Assembly: GCA_964645485.1 (NCBI GenBank)
Contig: CAZXZO010000034.1
Location: 1-16,603, forward strand
Direction: 5' to 3'
Origin: an uncultured Candidatus Poseidoniales archaeon
GTDB taxonomy: Archaea; Thermoplasmatota; Poseidoniia; Poseidoniales; Thalassarchaeaceae
Length of the DNA: 16,603 nucleotides
Shown here: piece by piece, positions 14,365 to 16,603 of the stretch
How positions within the stretch are numbered: the stretch's first letter is position 1
How the letters are laid out: each line of letters opens with the position of its first letter
Position numbers and translations under genes: made by a program
The notes under the pieces: generated by a model
Told to the model about the DNA's origin: nothing
The model's input: the letters and a program-made list of their open reading frames with translations, nothing else
The model's database searches: none

Positions 14365-15570
14365 ATGGTCAGCGAGACATTGGGAGGCAAGCGTGTGGCG
14401 GGATATTTAGACAGAATTGGAGCGGGCAAGATTCTCATCAATGCCGAGCCGCTGTCATACGATTATGTGCCAGAAGAATTAGTTGGCAGGGATGAGCAAT
14501 TACAGCAAATGGCTGGCATCTTTCAACAAATTAATGACCACAGAATTTCTTGTCGTGTAGCAATTACCGGAAATGTAGGGTGTGGTAAGACAGCACTTTC
14601 ACATGTGTTTTCAAGGGATTTACAGAGGCACCTTGGTGAGGAAAGGGCACTCAAGTTGGTTCATGTCAATTGTCGAAATTTCCCATCAAAATCACAGGTT
14701 TTGCAGCGTATTGTCACACATCTTGACTCTAGGCATCCAGAGCGCGGCTTTGGTAGCGGTGAGGTTTTACAATCGATACGCAAGCAATTACAAGGCAGAA
14801 ATGAACACTTGTTATTGATTTTAGATGAAGTTGACCATCTACTGAGAGCTGACAAGGGAGACCTTCTCTATCAACTTCTAAGAATTGATGAAGGTCGTGA
14901 GATTAAAGGCACAATTTCACTAATAATCATCAGTCAAGAGCAAGTACTTGACCAGTTAGAAGGGGCCGTATTATCGCGCTTTGGTCAAAGTAATCACATT
15001 AGGCTTGAATCGTATCAAGAAACGGCATTAACTGCAATCGCTACACAGCGTGCAGCATTATCATGTCATGAGGGTTCTATTCCTGATGGCGTATTACGTA
15101 CAATAGGGCAACGTTCTGCAGAAACTGGTGATGCTAGAGTTGCCATCGAATTATTGGAAGATTCAATCAAGAAGGCTGAACGAGCAGGCCGAGATGAGGT
15201 AATTGCTGATGATGTGCGATTTTTGGCAAAAGAAATCGGCCGTACAGTGGAGCCGAGCATTGTTGTTGACCTAAACAAACATGCTCAGATGATTTTGCTA
15301 GCACTTTGCCGCAGACTTCGCAAGGAGTCTGAGGTGACAACAGGTGATGCAGAAAAATTGTATCGTGTGGTCTGTGAAGAATATGAAGAAGAACCACGTA
15401 GCCATACTACTTTCTGGAAGCACCTCAAGCGTTTAGAAGACTTAGAATTGATTGAGTCGCATATATCTAGCCGCTCCGAAGGACGCGGCCGCACACAACA
15501 TATCTCAATGCCGGCGGCACTACCTGGAGCAGTTGAGAAACGGCTTGAGAGTGCCCTAAAGGGCAAATGA
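14365..15570 (+). CDS. cdc6: Orc1/Cdc6 family replication initiation protein
   Basis: 401 aa. LSYDYVPEELVGRDEQ, Walker A GNVGCGKT, VHVNC, Walker B LLILDEVDHL, TGDARVAIELL and the C-terminal wHTH VTTGDAEKLYRVVCE..EPRSHTTFWKHLKRLEDLELI...GRGRT. Confidence 0.96.
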   Translation: MVSETLGGKRVAGYLDRIGAGKILINAEPLSYDYVPEELVGRDEQLQQMAGIFQQINDHRISCRVAITGNVGCGKTALSHVFSRDLQRHLGEERALKLVHVNCRNFPSKSQVLQRIVTHLDSRHPERGFGSGEVLQSIRKQLQGRNEHLLLILDEVDHLLRADKGDLLYQLLRIDEGREIKGTISLIIISQEQVLDQLEGAVLSRFGQSNHIRLESYQETALTAIATQRAALSCHEGSIPDGVLRTIGQRSAETGDARVAIELLEDSIKKAERAGRDEVIADDVRFLAKEIGRTVEPSIVVDLNKHAQMILLALCRRLRKESEVTTGDAEKLYRVVCEEYEEEPRSHTTFWKHLKRLEDLELIESHISSRSEGRGRTQHISMPAALPGAVEKRLESALKGK

Positions 15571-15598
15571 GTGCGAAATGGGTTGCCCTTACAGGGCG
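15552..15598. repeat. Pair of near-identical palindromes TGCCCT-N2/3-AGGGC at the cdc6/rps6e junction
   Basis: TGCCCTAAAGGGCA (15552-15565) and TGCCCTTACAGGGCG (15584-15598), starting 32 bp apart. Confidence 0.6.
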
Positions 15599-15606
15599 GA
15601 ATTGCC

Positions 15607-15612
15607 TTATAT
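15607..15612 (+). promoter_or_regulatory. Likely TATA box for the rps6e-eif2g unit
   Basis: TTATAT lies 31-36 nt upstream of the ATG at 15643. Confidence 0.5.
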
Positions 15613-15642
15613 GGGTCGCTTGTCGGCGGGACGCTGATTACC

Positions 15643-16125
15643 ATGGCAGTTACAGGAGACACCTCATTTATGGCGGCGGTCAATGACACCGACCCTACAA
15701 GTAAGGGCAAGTCATATTCGGTTGAAATTAAGGGTTCAAACTACAATCACTTTCTTGGAAAGAAGATTGGTGATGTAGTAGATGGACAGTTCGTAGGTGA
15801 AGGCGACCAGTCACTTCTTGGATACAAGTTGCAAATCACCGGAGGATCTGATAAAACAGGAACACCAATGCGCAGCGATATCGCTGGTGGAAACCGTCAA
15901 GCGGTTTTGGTTACCAAAGGTGTTGGATACAAGGCTCAAAAACTCGTAAAGAAGAAGGGAGATACTTACCGGTACACCTACGATGGTATCCGCAAGCGTA
16001 GATATTTCCGTGGCAACACAATCAATCAAGACACCCGTCAGTTGAACCTGAAGGTTGTCGATAGCGGCAAGAAGTCGCTCGCTGACCTTTTGGGTGACAG
16101 CGGCGGCGATTCAGACGAGTCGTGA
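15643..16125 (+). CDS. rps6e: 30S ribosomal protein S6e
   Basis: GKSYSVEIK, FLGKKIGDVVDG, GYKLQITGGSDKTGTPMRSDI, RKRRYFRGNTI and QLNLKVV are S6e motifs. The true start is probably the ATG at 15643; the ORF track's GTG at 15571 adds 24 non-homologous residues spanning the promoter. Confidence 0.96.
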   Translation: MAVTGDTSFMAAVNDTDPTSKGKSYSVEIKGSNYNHFLGKKIGDVVDGQFVGEGDQSLLGYKLQITGGSDKTGTPMRSDIAGGNRQAVLVTKGVGYKAQKLVKKKGDTYRYTYDGIRKRRYFRGNTINQDTRQLNLKVVDSGKKSLADLLGDSGGDSDES

Positions 16126-16155
16126 TAGAGATGTACAAGGAGAGGATTTCAACTG

Positions 16156-16603
16156 GTGAGCAAGTTACCTCGTCAGCCTGAAGTCAATATTGGATTAGTA
16201 GGTCACGTAGACCACGGTAAGACAACCCTGACTCAAGCATTGTCTGGGACTTGGACAGATACTCATTCAGAAGAGCGCAAGCGCGGAATTTCAATCAAGT
16301 TGGGATATGCAGATACTGCTTTTTACAAGACTAAGAAGGGTGAGTTCTACACCACTGGCAAAAGACCAGACGGAAAAAAGGACGACGAAAAAGAACTCTG
16401 TAGAGTGATTTCATTTGTTGATGCGCCCGGTCACGAGACGCTGATGGCTGTGATGATTAGCGGCGCTTCCATTATGGATGGCGCCTTACTATTGATTGCA
16501 GCCAATGAAGAATGCCCTCAAGCCCAAACTCTTGAACACTTGATGGCACTGGAAATCGCCGGCATCAAAAATATCGTAGTTGTGCAAAACAAGATTGACA
16601 TTG
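16156..16603 (+). CDS. eif2g: Translation initiation factor aIF2 gamma subunit, 5' part (runs off the window; absent from the ORF track)
   Basis: Manual translation from GTG 16156 (preceded by AAGGAGAGGA): [53 protein letters not shown]...[45 protein letters not shown]...VVQNKID. This contains G1, G3 and NKxD. The rps6e-eif2g adjacency is conserved in archaea. Confidence 0.97.
   Translation, partial: MSKLPRQPEVNIGLVGHVDHGKTTLTQALSGTWTDTHSEERKRGISIKLGYADTAFYKTKKGEFYTTGKRPDGKKDDEKELCRVISFVDAPGHETLMAVMISGASIMDGALLLIAANEECPQAQTLEHLMALEIAGIKNIVVVQNKIDI

Noticed and set aside
15571-15642. 24-residue N-terminal extension of S6e from the ORF track
   Set aside because: Not homologous to S6e and overlaps the probable promoter; the ATG at 15643 gives a normal-length N-terminus.
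16131-16181. ATG at 16131 as the start of eif2g
   Set aside because: Out of frame with the GTPase motifs and terminates at TGA after 16 codons. The in-frame GTG at 16156 has a good SD site.
1-16603. tRNA, rRNA, IS/transposase, integrase, CRISPR or pseudogene features
   Set aside because: No T-loop GTTCRA cloverleaf, terminal inverted repeats, recombinase motifs or broken reading frames were seen by eye. A covariance-model search (tRNAscan-SE or Infernal) was not run.

Overview
A gene-dense archaeal core-genome window, most consistent with marine Thermoplasmatota (Marine Group II/III-like). The archaeal call rests on rps6e, aIF2-gamma, Cdc6/Orc1, DUF357 and archaeal-type Smc/ScpA. The narrower placement is inferred from the class II HMG-CoA reductase, bacterial-type Csp and NadB, and many acidic tails. 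Gene order: NTF2/SnoaL-like (-), nadB (-), 4-TM membrane protein with a terminal Cys4 knuckle (+), translationally coupled smc-scpA-scpB (+), csp (+), hmgA (-), a ~350 bp intergenic region with phased GCGTTA repeats, a coupled three-gene unit (degenerate AAA-linker-wHTH protein, beta-propeller protein, DUF357), cdc6/orc1, rps6e and the 5' part of eif2g. No tRNA, rRNA, CRISPR array, transposase or frameshift was seen. The best candidate for an undescribed system is 10766-15570: an iteron-like, helically phased repeat array upstream of an Orc1-shaped pseudo-ATPase/wHTH gene and a beta-propeller partner, lying between smc-scpAB and cdc6/orc1. Its function (origin, centromere-like or SMC-loading site, or an ordinary operator) is a hypothesis only. 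All family calls come from motif recognition by eye; no database search was run.
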